DNA from: Sinorhizobium meliloti
Lineage (GTDB): Bacteria > Pseudomonadota > Alphaproteobacteria > Rhizobiales > Rhizobiaceae
DNA: 32,000 bases
NCBI RefSeq assembly: GCF_017876815.1
Contig: NZ_JAGIOS010000001.1
Location: forward strand, 1,200,001 to 1,232,000
Direction of reading: 5' to 3'
The number at the start of each line of letters is the position of its first letter. Position 1 is the first letter of the stretch. A program made the position numbers and the translations under genes. Shown in pieces: positions 1 to 8,697 of this stretch. The notes under the pieces were generated by a model, which was given only the letters and a program-made list of their open reading frames with translations, ran no database searches and was not told where the DNA came from.

Positions 1-1
1 G

Positions 2-64
2 ATTGAAGCCGCCTTCGTGGACGAGCCGACGCGAGAGAAGTTGCTGGCTGCGTTACATGTCTAG
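2..64 (+). CDS. 3' end (last 20 codons) of an upstream gene cut by the window edge; product not assignable
   Basis: The frame is open from the window edge to TAG at 62-64 and translates to ...IEAAFVDEPTREKLLAALHV*. It is too short to classify. Its position just upstream of upp in a nucleoside-salvage neighbourhood makes adenosine deaminase a guess only. Confidence 0.3.
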   Translation: MEAAFVDEPTREKLLAALHV

Positions 65-174
65 TTGCGCGGATGAGAGGGCGCAACTGCACAAGTTCCG
101 CCTACACCCTTGCGGCCCCCGCCCTTTCCATGGAAAAGAGGGTGGATAGCCAATTTTCGCGGGGAAGATGAGCC

Positions 175-804
175 ATGGACGGCGTAACGGTGATCGGTCA
201 TCCGCTGGTGCAGCACAAGCTGACCATCATGCGCAAGAAGGAAACGTCGACTGCGGGCTTCCGCCGGCTGCTCAAGGAAATCTCGACGCTGCTCTGCTAT
301 GAGGTCACGCGCGACCTGGAGCTGACGACCGAACGGATCGAGACGCCTCTCGTGGAAACCGACGCGCCGGTGCTCGAGGGCAAGAAGCTCGTCTTCGCTT
401 CCATCCTGCGCGCCGGCAACGGCCTGCTCGAGGGCATGCTCGAACTGGTACCCTCGGCGCGCGTTGCGCATATCGGCGTCTACCGGGACCACGAGACTCT
501 GCAGGCGGTCGAATATTTCTTCAAGGCTCCGGACAACATCAACGAACGCCTCGTCATCGTCGTCGACCCGATGCTCGCCACCGGCAATTCCGCGATCGCG
601 GCCATCGAGAAGCTCAAGGAGCGCGGTGCGCGGAACATCCGCTTCCTCTGCCTGCTTGCCGCTCCGGAGGGTATCCGCAACTTCCAGGGCGCCCATCCGG
701 ACGTGCCGATCTTCACGGCCTCGATCGACAGCCATCTCAACGAGAAGGGCTATATCGTGCCGGGCCTCGGCGATGCGGGCGACCGCATGTACGGAACGAA
801 GTAG
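175..804 (+). CDS. upp: uracil phosphoribosyltransferase
   Basis: 209 aa, full-length Upp-like. It has the PRPP-binding loop [11 protein letters not shown], the C-terminal [17 protein letters not shown] motif and an [10 protein letters not shown]-terminus. ATG at 175. Confidence 0.95.
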   Translation: MDGVTVIGHPLVQHKLTIMRKKETSTAGFRRLLKEISTLLCYEVTRDLELTTERIETPLVETDAPVLEGKKLVFASILRAGNGLLEGMLELVPSARVAHIGVYRDHETLQAVEYFFKAPDNINERLVIVVDPMLATGNSAIAAIEKLKERGARNIRFLCLLAAPEGIRNFQGAHPDVPIFTASIDSHLNEKGYIVPGLGDAGDRMYGTK

Positions 805-907
805 GGCTGTCGGCCTACCGTCCTGTCGCCTCGGAAAACGGCGCTGCATCTCGTCAACGAGTCTGATAAGTTGCGGGATGCGGGCGTAAAACCGCACACG
901 CTTTTCC

Positions 908-2230
908 TCATCCCGCTCTGAGCTTCGAAACGATCACCGGCCGTCGCGCCGGCTCCTCGTCTGCGATCGCATAGAGCGTTACGACCCGTTTTGCGATCGC
1001 CTCGGCCTGGCTTTGGTCGGCAGCATGGACGAAGGCGATCGGCTCGCCCTTTTCGACTTTCGTCCCGAGCGGCCTCAGGCCGGTAAGACCGACGCGGTGA
1101 TCGATCCGGTCATCCGGGCGGATGCGCCCGCCGCCGAGCTCGATGACTGCCATTCCCAGTTCGCGCGTCTTGCAGGACGTGAGATAACCATGCCGGCCCG
1201 CCGGCACGGCAAGGATCGCGGGTGCCTTGGCAAGATAGGCGCCCGGGCGATCGACAAAATCGGCAGGGCCGCCGAGCCGATGCACCATGAGGCCGAAGCG
1301 CTCCATCGCCTCCCCGCTCCCCAAAACGCGCCGCGCCATGGCTTCGGCTTCGGCTTCGTGAGCCGCAATACCCGCTGCAACGAGCATCTCCGCAGCCAAG
1401 GCCATCACGACCTGATCGAGGCGGGTTCCCGCTTTCTCGCCGCGCAGATAGGCCAGGCAGTTCTCGATTTCGAGCGCGTTGCCGGCCGCGTCCGCCAGCG
1501 GCTCGTTCATGTCGGTGATCAGCGCAGAGGTGCGCACGCCCGCACCATTGGCGACCTCGACAAGCGAACGCGCCAGGACTTCGGTTTCGGCAGGATCGGT
1601 CATGAAGGAGCCGTTGCCGAGCTTGACGTCGAGCACCAGCGACCGTAGCCCTGCGGCGAGCTTTTTCGACAGGATCGATGCGGTGATCAGCGGCACCGAA
1701 TCGACCGTCGCCGTCACGTCGCGGATCGCATAGAGGCGCTTGTCGGCCGGCGCCAGATCGGCCGTCTGGCCGATGATCGCGCAGCCGACCTCGTCGGCCA
1801 CGCGGCGGAACAGTTCCGGCGAAGGCTGGATGTCATAGCCGGGGATCGATTCGAGCTTGTCGAGCGTCCCGCCGGTGTGGCCGAGCCCCCGGCCCGAAAT
1901 CATCGGCACGGCCGCACCGCAGGCGGCGACGATCGGCGCCAACATGAGCGAGACATTGTCGCCGACTCCGCCCGTCGAGTGCTTGTCGACAATGGGGCGT
2001 GCGAGATCGCTCCAGTCGAGCGTTTCCCCGGAATCGCGCATCGCCAGCGTCAGCGCCACGCATTCGTCGCGATTCATGCCGGAGAACCAGACCGCCATGG
2101 CGAAGGCAGCCGCCTGCCCTTCCGAGACCGAGCCATCGGTCACGCCCGCGATGAAACCGGCGATCTCCGCCGGATCGAGCCGATCGCCGTCCCTTTTCTT
2201 TCGTATGATTTCCTGCGGAAGCATGGCCAT
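908..2230 (-). CDS. deoA: thymidine (pyrimidine-nucleoside) phosphorylase
   Basis: 440 aa. The N-terminus QEIIRKKRDG...L..EI..FI.G matches the DeoA pattern, and HSTGGVGD and GRGLGHTGGTLDKLESIPG motifs are present. The start ATG at 2228-2230 abuts the stop of the upstream PNP gene. Confidence 0.93.
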   Translation of the reverse strand: MAMLPQEIIRKKRDGDRLDPAEIAGFIAGVTDGSVSEGQAAAFAMAVWFSGMNRDECVALTLAMRDSGETLDWSDLARPIVDKHSTGGVGDNVSLMLAPIVAACGAAVPMISGRGLGHTGGTLDKLESIPGYDIQPSPELFRRVADEVGCAIIGQTADLAPADKRLYAIRDVTATVDSVPLITASILSKKLAAGLRSLVLDVKLGNGSFMTDPAETEVLARSLVEVANGAGVRTSALITDMNEPLADAAGNALEIENCLAYLRGEKAGTRLDQVVMALAAEMLVAAGIAAHEAEAEAMARRVLGSGEAMERFGLMVHRLGGPADFVDRPGAYLAKAPAILAVPAGRHGYLTSCKTRELGMAVIELGGGRIRPDDRIDHRVGLTGLRPLGTKVEKGEPIAFVHAADQSQAEAIAKRVVTLYAIADEEPARRPVIVSKLRAG

Positions 2231-3028
2231 TCAGCCTTCGCTCGAGATCATCTCTTTCAGGATTGCCGCCAGCCGCGTGCCGCCGAGCGGCGCCATTTGC
2301 TTGGTTTCTTCATGGCTGAGTTCCGACCCGGTCATGCCGGCGGCGAAATTGGTGACGACGGAGGCGGCGGCGACCTTGAGCCCGAAGAACCGGGCGAGAA
2401 TGACCTCCGGCACCGTGGACATGCCGACCGCATCGGCACCGAGGATACGGGCCATGCGGATTTCGGCCGGCGTCTCGAAACTCGGCCCGGAGAACCACAT
2501 ATAGACGCCGCGCGCGAGCGGGATGCCGAGGCGTTCGGCGGCCTCCTCCATCCCTATGGCCAGCGCCGCGTCATAGGCATTTGTCATGCCGACGAAACGC
2601 TCATCGCTTTCGAGGCCGATCAGCGGATTGGCGCCGGCAAAGGCGATGTGATCGGCAATGCGCATGACCGAGCCCGGCGGCATGTCTTCGCGCAGCGACC
2701 CGGCGGAATTGGTGAGGATCAGGTTCTCGACGCCGATCCGCTTCAGCGTTTCGATCGGCACGCGCATGGCTTTGGCGTCGCCGCGTTCGTAATAATGGGC
2801 ACGGCCGGAAAGCACGGCGACGGGAGTGTCGCCGATCCTGCCCGCCACGAACTCGCCGGCATGGCCGGAAACGCTGCTCACCGGAAAGCCCGGTATCTCC
2901 GCATAGGGGATGCGCAGCGGCTCCGCCACCGCGTCGACGAGAGAGCCGAGGCCGGAACCGAGTACGATTCCGTAGCGGGGCGCATGCGCTCCGAGCCTGC
3001 CCTTGAGGAAGTCCGCCGCCCCCGTCAT
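2231..3028 (-). CDS. punA: purine nucleoside phosphorylase (trimeric PunA/inosine-guanosine type)
   Basis: The ORF track extends to 3265, but homology starts at MTGAADFLKG (ATG at 3026-3028). Motifs GIVLGSGLG, HAGEFV.G, RAHYYE and GADAVGMSTVPEV are present. ATGA overlap with the cdd stop. 265 aa. Confidence 0.9.
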   Translation of the reverse strand: MTGAADFLKGRLGAHAPRYGIVLGSGLGSLVDAVAEPLRIPYAEIPGFPVSSVSGHAGEFVAGRIGDTPVAVLSGRAHYYERGDAKAMRVPIETLKRIGVENLILTNSAGSLREDMPPGSVMRIADHIAFAGANPLIGLESDERFVGMTNAYDAALAIGMEEAAERLGIPLARGVYMWFSGPSFETPAEIRMARILGADAVGMSTVPEVILARFFGLKVAAASVVTNFAAGMTGSELSHEETKQMAPLGGTRLAAILKEMISSEG

Positions 3029-3420
3029 CCGAGAATCTCCGTCTCGAAGCTGTGCGGCAGCAGGTCGGAGAGCGCCAGCGTCTTCCTGATCCCCGTTTCG
3101 TCGCAAAGATAGATGCGGGTGCTCGCACCGGAAAATTCCGCCAGTCGCTGGCGGCAGCCGCCGCAGGGCGGGCAGAGCGCGAGTTTCTCGGCCACCACCG
3201 CGACTTCCGTGATCTTGCGCTGGCCGGCCATCACCATATGGCTGATCGCCGTCGTCTCGGCGCACCAGCCCTCAGGAAAGGACAGGTTCTCGATGTTTGC
3301 GCCCGTATAGATCCTGCCGTCCTCGGCGCGAATGGCGGCGCCGACCGGAAACTTGGAATAGGGCGCATGCGCCTTTGCCATGGCTTCACGCGCCGCGACA
3401 AAGAGTTCGTCCTTGGACAT
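3025..3420 (-). CDS. cdd: cytidine deaminase
   Basis: Zinc-ligand motifs CAE (PEGWCAETTAI) and PCGGCRQ are present. I chose the start at MSKDELF (ATG 3418-3420) rather than the track start at 3483. 131 aa. Confidence 0.9.
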   Translation of the reverse strand: MSKDELFVAAREAMAKAHAPYSKFPVGAAIRAEDGRIYTGANIENLSFPEGWCAETTAISHMVMAGQRKITEVAVVAEKLALCPPCGGCRQRLAEFSGASTRIYLCDETGIRKTLALSDLLPHSFETEILG

Positions 3421-3486
3421 GGGTTTTTCCTTATAGTTATGCATATCGTTATCCCGAAACCGCTGCGCACTTTCGGGCGGCATGCA

Positions 3487-4458
3487 TTAGCGCTCCTTCA
3501 CATAGGGTACGCCGCCCGCCTTCGGCGGAATGGCCTTGCCGATGAAGCCGGCAAGCAGGATGACGGTGAGGATATAGGGCAGCGCCTGCATGAGCTGCAC
3601 CGGAACCTGGCCGACAAGCGGCAAGGGCGTGCCCTGCAGACGGATGGCGAGCGCGTCGAGGAAGCCGAAGAGCAGGCAGGCAAACATGATATTGAGCGGG
3701 CGCCATTTGGCGAAGATGAGCGCCGCGAGCGCGATATAGCCCTTGCCCGCCGTCATGCCCTTGACGAAGCCCGCCGTCATCGCCAGCGACAGATAGGCGC
3801 CGGCAAAGCCGCAGAGAATGCCGCAGCAGATGACCGCGCGATATCTGAGCCAGATCACCGAGATGCCGGCGGTATCGACCGCGCCCGGATTCTCGCCGAC
3901 GGCGCGCAGCCTCAGGCCGAAACGGGTGCGGTAGAGAATCCACCAGCTGATCGGCACCATCGCGAAGGCGAGATAGGTGAGCAGGAAATGGCCGGACAGG
4001 AGGTCCGCATAGACCGGCCCGAGGACGGGGATCTCGCGGATCATGTCCGCGTCGGGGAAGTTGATCGTCTGGAACCGCGCGCCTTCGGCAAGCGCCGGCG
4101 TGCGGCCGCCCTGCCGGAACCAGGCCTCCCCCAGGATCACGGTGGAACCGGCGACGATGAAGTTGATCGCCACACCCGAGACGATCTGGTTGCCGCGCTG
4201 GGTGATCGAAGCATAGCCGTGGACGAGCGACAGGGCCACGGAAACGAGGATCGCCGCACCGAGCCCCACCCAGACGGACTGCGTGACGGCTGCCGCCGCA
4301 CCGGCGGCAAAGGCCGCACCGAGCATCTTGCCCTCGAGGCCGATGTCGAAGACGCCGGCGCGCTCGGTGAAGAGGCCGGCAAGGGCTGCGAAGACCAGCG
4401 GCACGGAGACGCGGATCGTCGATTCCAGGAGCACGACGAGAACGTGGAAGAAATCCAT
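3487..4458 (-). CDS. ABC transporter permease, BMP/nucleoside (CUT2-like) family
   Basis: Multi-pass hydrophobic protein starting MDFFHVLVVLLESTIRVSVPLVFAALAGLFTERAGVFDIGLEGKM, which is typical of YufQ/NupQ-type permeases. ATG at 4456-4458; the track's N-terminal extension to 4563 is Arg/Pro-rich junk. Confidence 0.87.
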   Translation of the reverse strand: MDFFHVLVVLLESTIRVSVPLVFAALAGLFTERAGVFDIGLEGKMLGAAFAAGAAAAVTQSVWVGLGAAILVSVALSLVHGYASITQRGNQIVSGVAINFIVAGSTVILGEAWFRQGGRTPALAEGARFQTINFPDADMIREIPVLGPVYADLLSGHFLLTYLAFAMVPISWWILYRTRFGLRLRAVGENPGAVDTAGISVIWLRYRAVICCGILCGFAGAYLSLAMTAGFVKGMTAGKGYIALAALIFAKWRPLNIMFACLLFGFLDALAIRLQGTPLPLVGQVPVQLMQALPYILTVILLAGFIGKAIPPKAGGVPYVKER

Positions 4459-4462
4459 GGTT

Positions 4463-5596
4463 TCAGGCTTCCTTGGTCTGCACGACGGCGGCCGCGCGCT
4501 GACCCCGCGCCGAAAAGGCGCGCGTGATCGCCGGCCGGAACATGTTCTCGAGCGCCCCGGCAAAAAGGATCACGAGACCCTGGATGATGACGATCATGTC
4601 CCGGGAGATCGAAGGCATCTCGAAGGCGATCTCGGCGCCGCCCTGATAGAGCACGCCGAAAAGGATCGCGGCGGGAATGATGCCGCCCGGATGCGAGCGC
4701 CCCATCAGCGCGACCGCGATGCCGACGAAGCCGGCGCCTTGCACGAAATCGAGCTGCATGCGGAACTGCTCGCCCATGATCGGGTTCAGCGCCATCATGC
4801 CGGCAAGACCGCCTGATATCATCATGGCGACGACGGTGATGCGGCTTTCGCTGATACCGGCATAGCGCGCGGCAGACGGGCTATGGCCCATGGTGCGCAT
4901 CTCGTAGCCGAGCCTGGTGCGCCAGATCAGCACCCAGACCGCGAAGGCGGCCGCCAGCGCCAGCAGGAACGAGATGTTGAACGGCGCCGTACCGATATTG
5001 AGGCCGAAGATCGACAGCAGCCAGTCGAGCTTCGGCAATTGCCCGCCCTCGGCGAAGGTCCGCGTCTGCGGCGCCATGGAGCCGAGCGGCTTCAGCACGC
5101 GGGTCAGCAGATAGACCATCAGGCTCGACGCGATGAAATTGAACATGATGGTGGTGATGACGATATGGCTGCCGCGTTTGGCCTGCAGCCAGCCGGGCAG
5201 GAACGCCCAGAGCGCGCCGAAGAAGGCAGAGCCGACGATGGCGAGCGGGAAGACCACGTACCAGGGCATCGTCTGGTCGAGCCAGAGGCAGGCGAGCGCC
5301 ACGCCGATGCCGCCGACATAGGCCTGGCCCTCGCCGCCGATGTTGAAAAGACCGGCATGAAAGGCGACCGCCACCGCGAGTCCGGTGAAGATGAAGGTCG
5401 TCGCGTAATAGAGCGTGAAGCCGATATATTCGCCGCGGCCGAAGGCACCGTTGATGAGATGATAGGCGGCTTCGAGCGGGTTTTCGCCGACGAGGAGAAC
5501 GACGAGGCCGGCGACGAGGAAGGCGACGGCAAGATTGATCAGCGGGATGAGGCCATATTCCACCCATCCCGGCAGTTTCGCATAGGGCGTACTCAT
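4463..5596 (-). CDS. ABC transporter permease, BMP/nucleoside (CUT2-like) family
   Basis: 377 aa hydrophobic protein containing GLFNIGGEGQ, paralogous to the downstream permease. Its ATG overlaps the ATPase stop (ATGA at 5593-5596). Confidence 0.87.
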   Translation of the reverse strand: MSTPYAKLPGWVEYGLIPLINLAVAFLVAGLVVLLVGENPLEAAYHLINGAFGRGEYIGFTLYYATTFIFTGLAVAVAFHAGLFNIGGEGQAYVGGIGVALACLWLDQTMPWYVVFPLAIVGSAFFGALWAFLPGWLQAKRGSHIVITTIMFNFIASSLMVYLLTRVLKPLGSMAPQTRTFAEGGQLPKLDWLLSIFGLNIGTAPFNISFLLALAAAFAVWVLIWRTRLGYEMRTMGHSPSAARYAGISESRITVVAMMISGGLAGMMALNPIMGEQFRMQLDFVQGAGFVGIAVALMGRSHPGGIIPAAILFGVLYQGGAEIAFEMPSISRDMIVIIQGLVILFAGALENMFRPAITRAFSARGQRAAAVVQTKEA

Positions 5597-7128
5597 TCTG
5601 CGGCCTCCTTGCGGCCTTCGACGCCGGCCATCAGCAGGCCGAGCTCGCCTTCGGTCGCCTCGGGGCTGCGTTCGCCGACGACGCGTCCGGCGAACATCAC
5701 GAGGATGCGGTCGGAAAGGGAACGGATCTCGTCGAGTTCGACCGAGACCAGCAGAACGGCCTTGCCCTGATCGCGCATCTCGATGATCCGCTTGTGGATG
5801 AATTCGATTGCGCCGACATCTACGCCGCGGGTCGGCTGGCCGATGATGAGGACGTCCGGATCCCGCTCCATCTCGCGCGCAAGCACGACCTTCTGCTGGT
5901 TGCCGCCGGAGAAGTTGGCCGTCCTCAGCCGCGCATTCGGCGGGCGAATATCATATTTGGCAATCTTCTCCTCGGCATCCTTGCGGATCGCATCGATGTT
6001 CAGGAACATGCCGTTGGCGAAGCGCGGGTCATGGTGGTAACCGAGGATCGCGTTTTCGCACTCCTCGAATTTGAGCACGAGCCCGACGTGATGCCGGTCT
6101 TCCGGCACATGCGCCAGTCCGCGACCCCTGAGTTCGGCCGCGTCTGCGTTGCCCGTCACGTCCACCGGCCTGCCGTTGAGGAGAACCGTCCCGGAGGCGG
6201 CCTTGCGGATGCCGGCGATCGCTTCGAGCAGTTCCGACTGACCGTTGCCGGCCACGCCGGCGATGCCGACGATCTCGCCTGCACGAACATCGAAGGAGAC
6301 GTTGTCGACCATGGTCACGCCGCGGCTGTCCTTGACCGTCAGCCCCTGGACGGCGAGCTTCACGTCACCGGGATTGCTCTCGCCCTTCTCGACACGAAGC
6401 AGCACGCGCCGGCCGACCATCAGCTCGGCCAGCTCCTCGACCGAGGTTTCACGCGTCGTGCGCGTCGCCACCATCTCGCCGCGGCGCATGACCGAGACCT
6501 CGTCGGTGATCGCCATGATCTCGCGCAGCTTATGGGTGATGAGGATGATCGTCTTTCCCTGAGCCTTGAGCTGGCCGAGGATGCGGAACAGGTGGTCCGC
6601 CTCGGCCGGCGTCAGGACGCCGGTCGGCTCGTCGAGGATCAGGATATCGGCCCGGCGATAAAGCGCCTTCAGGATCTCCACGCGCTGCTGCAGGCCGACC
6701 GGCAGCTCCTCGATCAGGGCGTCCGGATTGACCTCGAGGGCATATTCCTTCTCGAGCCGTTTCAGCTCCTGCCGCGCCTTGGCGATGCCCTTGTTGAGGA
6801 TCTGGCTGTCCTCGGCGCCGAGCATGACGTTTTCGAGCACGGTGAAGTTCTCGACCAGCATGAAGTGCTGGTGGACCATGCCGATCCCAACGGAGATCGC
6901 CGCATTCGCATCGCGAATGGAAACAGGCTTGCCGTCGACCAGGATCTCACCGTTGTCGGCCTGATAGAAGCCATAAAGGATCGACATCAGCGTCGACTTG
7001 CCGGCACCGTTTTCCCCGATGATGCCGTGGATCGTGCCCTTGCGAACCCTAAGATTGATGTTCCTGTTGGCGTGGACCAGCCCGAAGCTCTTGTCTATTC
7101 CACGCAATTCGATGGCAATATTGTTCAT
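5593..7128 (-). CDS. ABC transporter ATP-binding protein with two fused ATPase domains (nucleoside/sugar CUT2 type)
   Basis: 511 aa with Walker A GENGAGKST, Walker B ILILDEPT and a second-domain signature FSGGNQQK. It is the first gene of the operon that continues into the permeases, cdd, PNP and deoA. Confidence 0.92.
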   Translation of the reverse strand: MNNIAIELRGIDKSFGLVHANRNINLRVRKGTIHGIIGENGAGKSTLMSILYGFYQADNGEILVDGKPVSIRDANAAISVGIGMVHQHFMLVENFTVLENVMLGAEDSQILNKGIAKARQELKRLEKEYALEVNPDALIEELPVGLQQRVEILKALYRRADILILDEPTGVLTPAEADHLFRILGQLKAQGKTIILITHKLREIMAITDEVSVMRRGEMVATRTTRETSVEELAELMVGRRVLLRVEKGESNPGDVKLAVQGLTVKDSRGVTMVDNVSFDVRAGEIVGIAGVAGNGQSELLEAIAGIRKAASGTVLLNGRPVDVTGNADAAELRGRGLAHVPEDRHHVGLVLKFEECENAILGYHHDPRFANGMFLNIDAIRKDAEEKIAKYDIRPPNARLRTANFSGGNQQKVVLAREMERDPDVLIIGQPTRGVDVGAIEFIHKRIIEMRDQGKAVLLVSVELDEIRSLSDRILVMFAGRVVGERSPEATEGELGLLMAGVEGRKEAAE

Positions 7129-7326
7129 ATTGGCCTGCGATCCCCTTTTTGCCCGCTTCGGCTCATCGCAGAAACCGTGCCGACAATTTTTTTACCATTT
7201 GGTATAAGTTTATCATCGATTTTCAGGCGCGAAAGCCTGGGCGACGAGATCTCCTTATACTTTCATAGGATCGCTGGTGAGAGTCCAGCGCGAATATACA
7301 CAGCTGCGTTGGTGCGGCCGGATAAG

Positions 7327-7364
7327 CCCCTCCCCCTTGTGGGGGGCTAGGGCATACACATCTG
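7327..7364. repeat. outer arm of an imperfect inverted repeat; partner at 8957-8993
   Basis: CCCCTCCCCCTTGTGGGGGGCTAGGGCATACACATCTG compares with the reverse complement of 8957-8993, GGACCCCTCCCCACAAGCTAAGGCATATACATATCTG. They share CCCCTCCCC and CTA(G/A)GGCATA(C/T)ACA..TCTG. Aligned by eye. Confidence 0.55.
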
Positions 7365-7388
7365 ACCCTCCCGCGGGACCATTGCCTT

Positions 7389-7470
7389 GGGGCAGACGAC
7401 AATGGTTTGACCTTCGCATGCCCAAAACGAACGCCACGGGCAGAACGCAGAAGCGGAAGTGAGGGCCGCC
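7389..7470. repeat. roughly 80-nt intergenic module, direct imperfect repeat of about 8853-8925
   Basis: GGGGCAGACGACAATGGTTTGACCTTCGC...GAAGCGGAAGTGAGGGCCGCCG compares with GGGGGAGACGACAAGCGGCTTGACCTCACC...GGAAGCGAGAGCCAGCCGG. Similarity was judged by eye at roughly two thirds of positions; boundaries are approximate. Confidence 0.45.
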
Positions 7471-7478
7471 GCAGGTAT

Positions 7479-7494
7479 TCTCCCCCCTTGTGGG
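7479..7494. repeat. left part of RIME-like repeat copy A, split by the IS; its last 10 nt (7485-7494, CCCTTGTGGG) form the left target-site duplication
   Basis: Joining TCTCCCCCCTTGTGGG to 8671-8697 after removing the IS and one CCCTTGTGGG copy rebuilds TCTCCCCCCTTGTGGGGGAGATGGCCGGCAGGCCAGAGGGGGT. That differs by one G from the reverse complement of copy B (8818-8859). Confidence 0.8.
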
Positions 7495-8660
7495 CAGGGC
7501 TATCGCATATGAGCGATAAGAGAAGTGAGGAATTGGTCATCCCAGCCCGCCTTTTTGATTTTCCGGCGGATGGAGGCCTTGTCGGGGTGAGATCGCAAGA
7601 GGTTGAGAGCGATCTTGCGCAAGAAGGCAATGTTCTGAGGGCCGTTGTCCTTGCGGTTTCTGGCGGCGTCCTCGCGGAAGTGGACATCCAGAACCCAATG
7701 CAGTTTGTTTTCGATTTGCCAATGGGTTCTTACAACCTCGATCAGCGCGCTCGGCGACATGGTGGTGGAGAGCAGGAAGTAGCGGACATGGCTGGTCAAA
7801 TGGCCGTTGGTATGACGGCTTGTGGTCTCGACGCAGCCGATGGCCTGCAGGCCCGGAAAGTTGATATCGTCGACAGCCACAACGCTGGCGCGGCGTGTCT
7901 CGGTGCGGTCATGGGCAGTCTCGGCTGCAATCTGGATGCTCTCGACGTGGTCGGCGTCCTCGATGCGGGCGAGCGCCTGGGCCAAGAGGCCGGGCTGGTT
8001 GGCCTTCAGTGCCAGAGCATAATCGCCGCCGGCAGCGAGGATGGCGCGGGCGGTGTCGGGCCGGCAATGCAGGGCATCGGCGGTGACGATAGAGCCCTCC
8101 AGTGCCAGCAGCGCGAGCGCATCGAGAGCCCCTTGCACCTCATTGCGGCCCGGCGCGAGCTTTTGGCCGATGACCAGACCGGGACCGGCAGCCCAGACAT
8201 TGACGAAGTGGAGTGGCGTGGCCTTGGCGGCGCGCCGGTAGGCACCGCGCACCGCCTTGCCATCGATCGCTACCACCCCTTCGAGACCCTGCGCAAAGCT
8301 CGCCGTGAGACGGCGAAAGGCCGCGTCAAAGGCATCCGGATCGAGATGGCGGAAGACGGTGGAGAAGGTGTCATGGCTGGGAATGCCATAGGGCAGCGGC
8401 ACGATTGTCTTCAGCCATTTCTTCTTGGCAACGCCGAAATCGGCCATATCGGTACAGCTTTCCGCACCGCAGACAATCGCCGCAACGGCAATGAACAGGA
8501 TCGACGTCAACGGATGGCGCGCATTGCGACCGCGCGGATCGGGCAAATCTTCAAAGCAAGCGGCAAATCTACTCATCGAGACCTCCAAGTCAGCGGAGAA
8601 CTCCAAGAATCGATTTGCCGCAACAAAACAACCGCTTATTTGCTAAATGCGATTCCCCTG
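7495..8660 (-). mobile_element. complete ISAs1-family insertion sequence (1166 bp)
   Basis: Terminal inverted repeats are CAGGGCTATCGCATAT (7495-7510) and, as reverse complement of 8645-8660, CAGGGGAATCGCATTT, matching at 13/16. CAGGG termini fit my recollection of the ISAs1 family. Flanked by a 10-bp direct repeat CCCTTGTGGG (7485-7494 and 8661-8670). A single transposase ORF fills the element. Confidence 0.82.
7500..8576 (-). CDS. ISAs1-family (H-repeat-associated) DDE transposase
   Basis: The protein aligns by eye with E. coli H-repeat/YhhI-type proteins: LPDPRG..ARHPL..IL..AV.A..CGAE...D...FG, GIPSHDTF, VAIDGKA.RG, TADALHC, GGDYALALKANQ, VRYFLLS and THWQIENKLHWVLDVHFRED. I prefer the start at MSRFAAC (ATG 8574-8576); the track start at 8606 is an alternative. 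The stop lies inside the left terminal repeat. Confidence 0.88.
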   Translation of the reverse strand: MSRFAACFEDLPDPRGRNARHPLTSILFIAVAAIVCGAESCTDMADFGVAKKKWLKTIVPLPYGIPSHDTFSTVFRHLDPDAFDAAFRRLTASFAQGLEGVVAIDGKAVRGAYRRAAKATPLHFVNVWAAGPGLVIGQKLAPGRNEVQGALDALALLALEGSIVTADALHCRPDTARAILAAGGDYALALKANQPGLLAQALARIEDADHVESIQIAAETAHDRTETRRASVVAVDDINFPGLQAIGCVETTSRHTNGHLTSHVRYFLLSTTMSPSALIEVVRTHWQIENKLHWVLDVHFREDAARNRKDNGPQNIAFLRKIALNLLRSHPDKASIRRKIKKAGWDDQFLTSLIAHMR

Positions 8661-8697
8661 CCCTTGTGGGGGAGATGGCCGGCAGGCCAGAGGGGGT
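8661..8697. repeat. right part of RIME-like repeat copy A; its first 10 nt (8661-8670) form the right target-site duplication
   Basis: Sequence CCCTTGTGGGGGAGATGGCCGGCAGGCCAGAGGGGGT. One frame reads LVGEMAGRPEG, the pseudo-peptide typical of rhizobial intergenic repeats. Confidence 0.8.

Noticed and set aside
805-907. Convergent intergenic region between upp and deoA, inspected for a bidirectional terminator
   Set aside because: Only weak 5-bp stems are present (for example TGCGG...CCGCA) and there are no U or A tracts. There is not enough support for a call.
61-7350. Long ORFs opposite or out of frame to the nucleoside genes (61-897 minus, 1013-1648 plus, 1857-2504 plus, 1877-3112 plus, 3052-4527 plus, 4883-5770 plus, 5794-7350 plus, 4881-5567 minus and smaller ones)
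   Set aside because: All overlap strongly supported genes (upp, deoA, PNP, cdd, permeases, ATPase). All give Arg/Pro/Gly/Asp-rich translations without family motifs. They are shadow ORFs.
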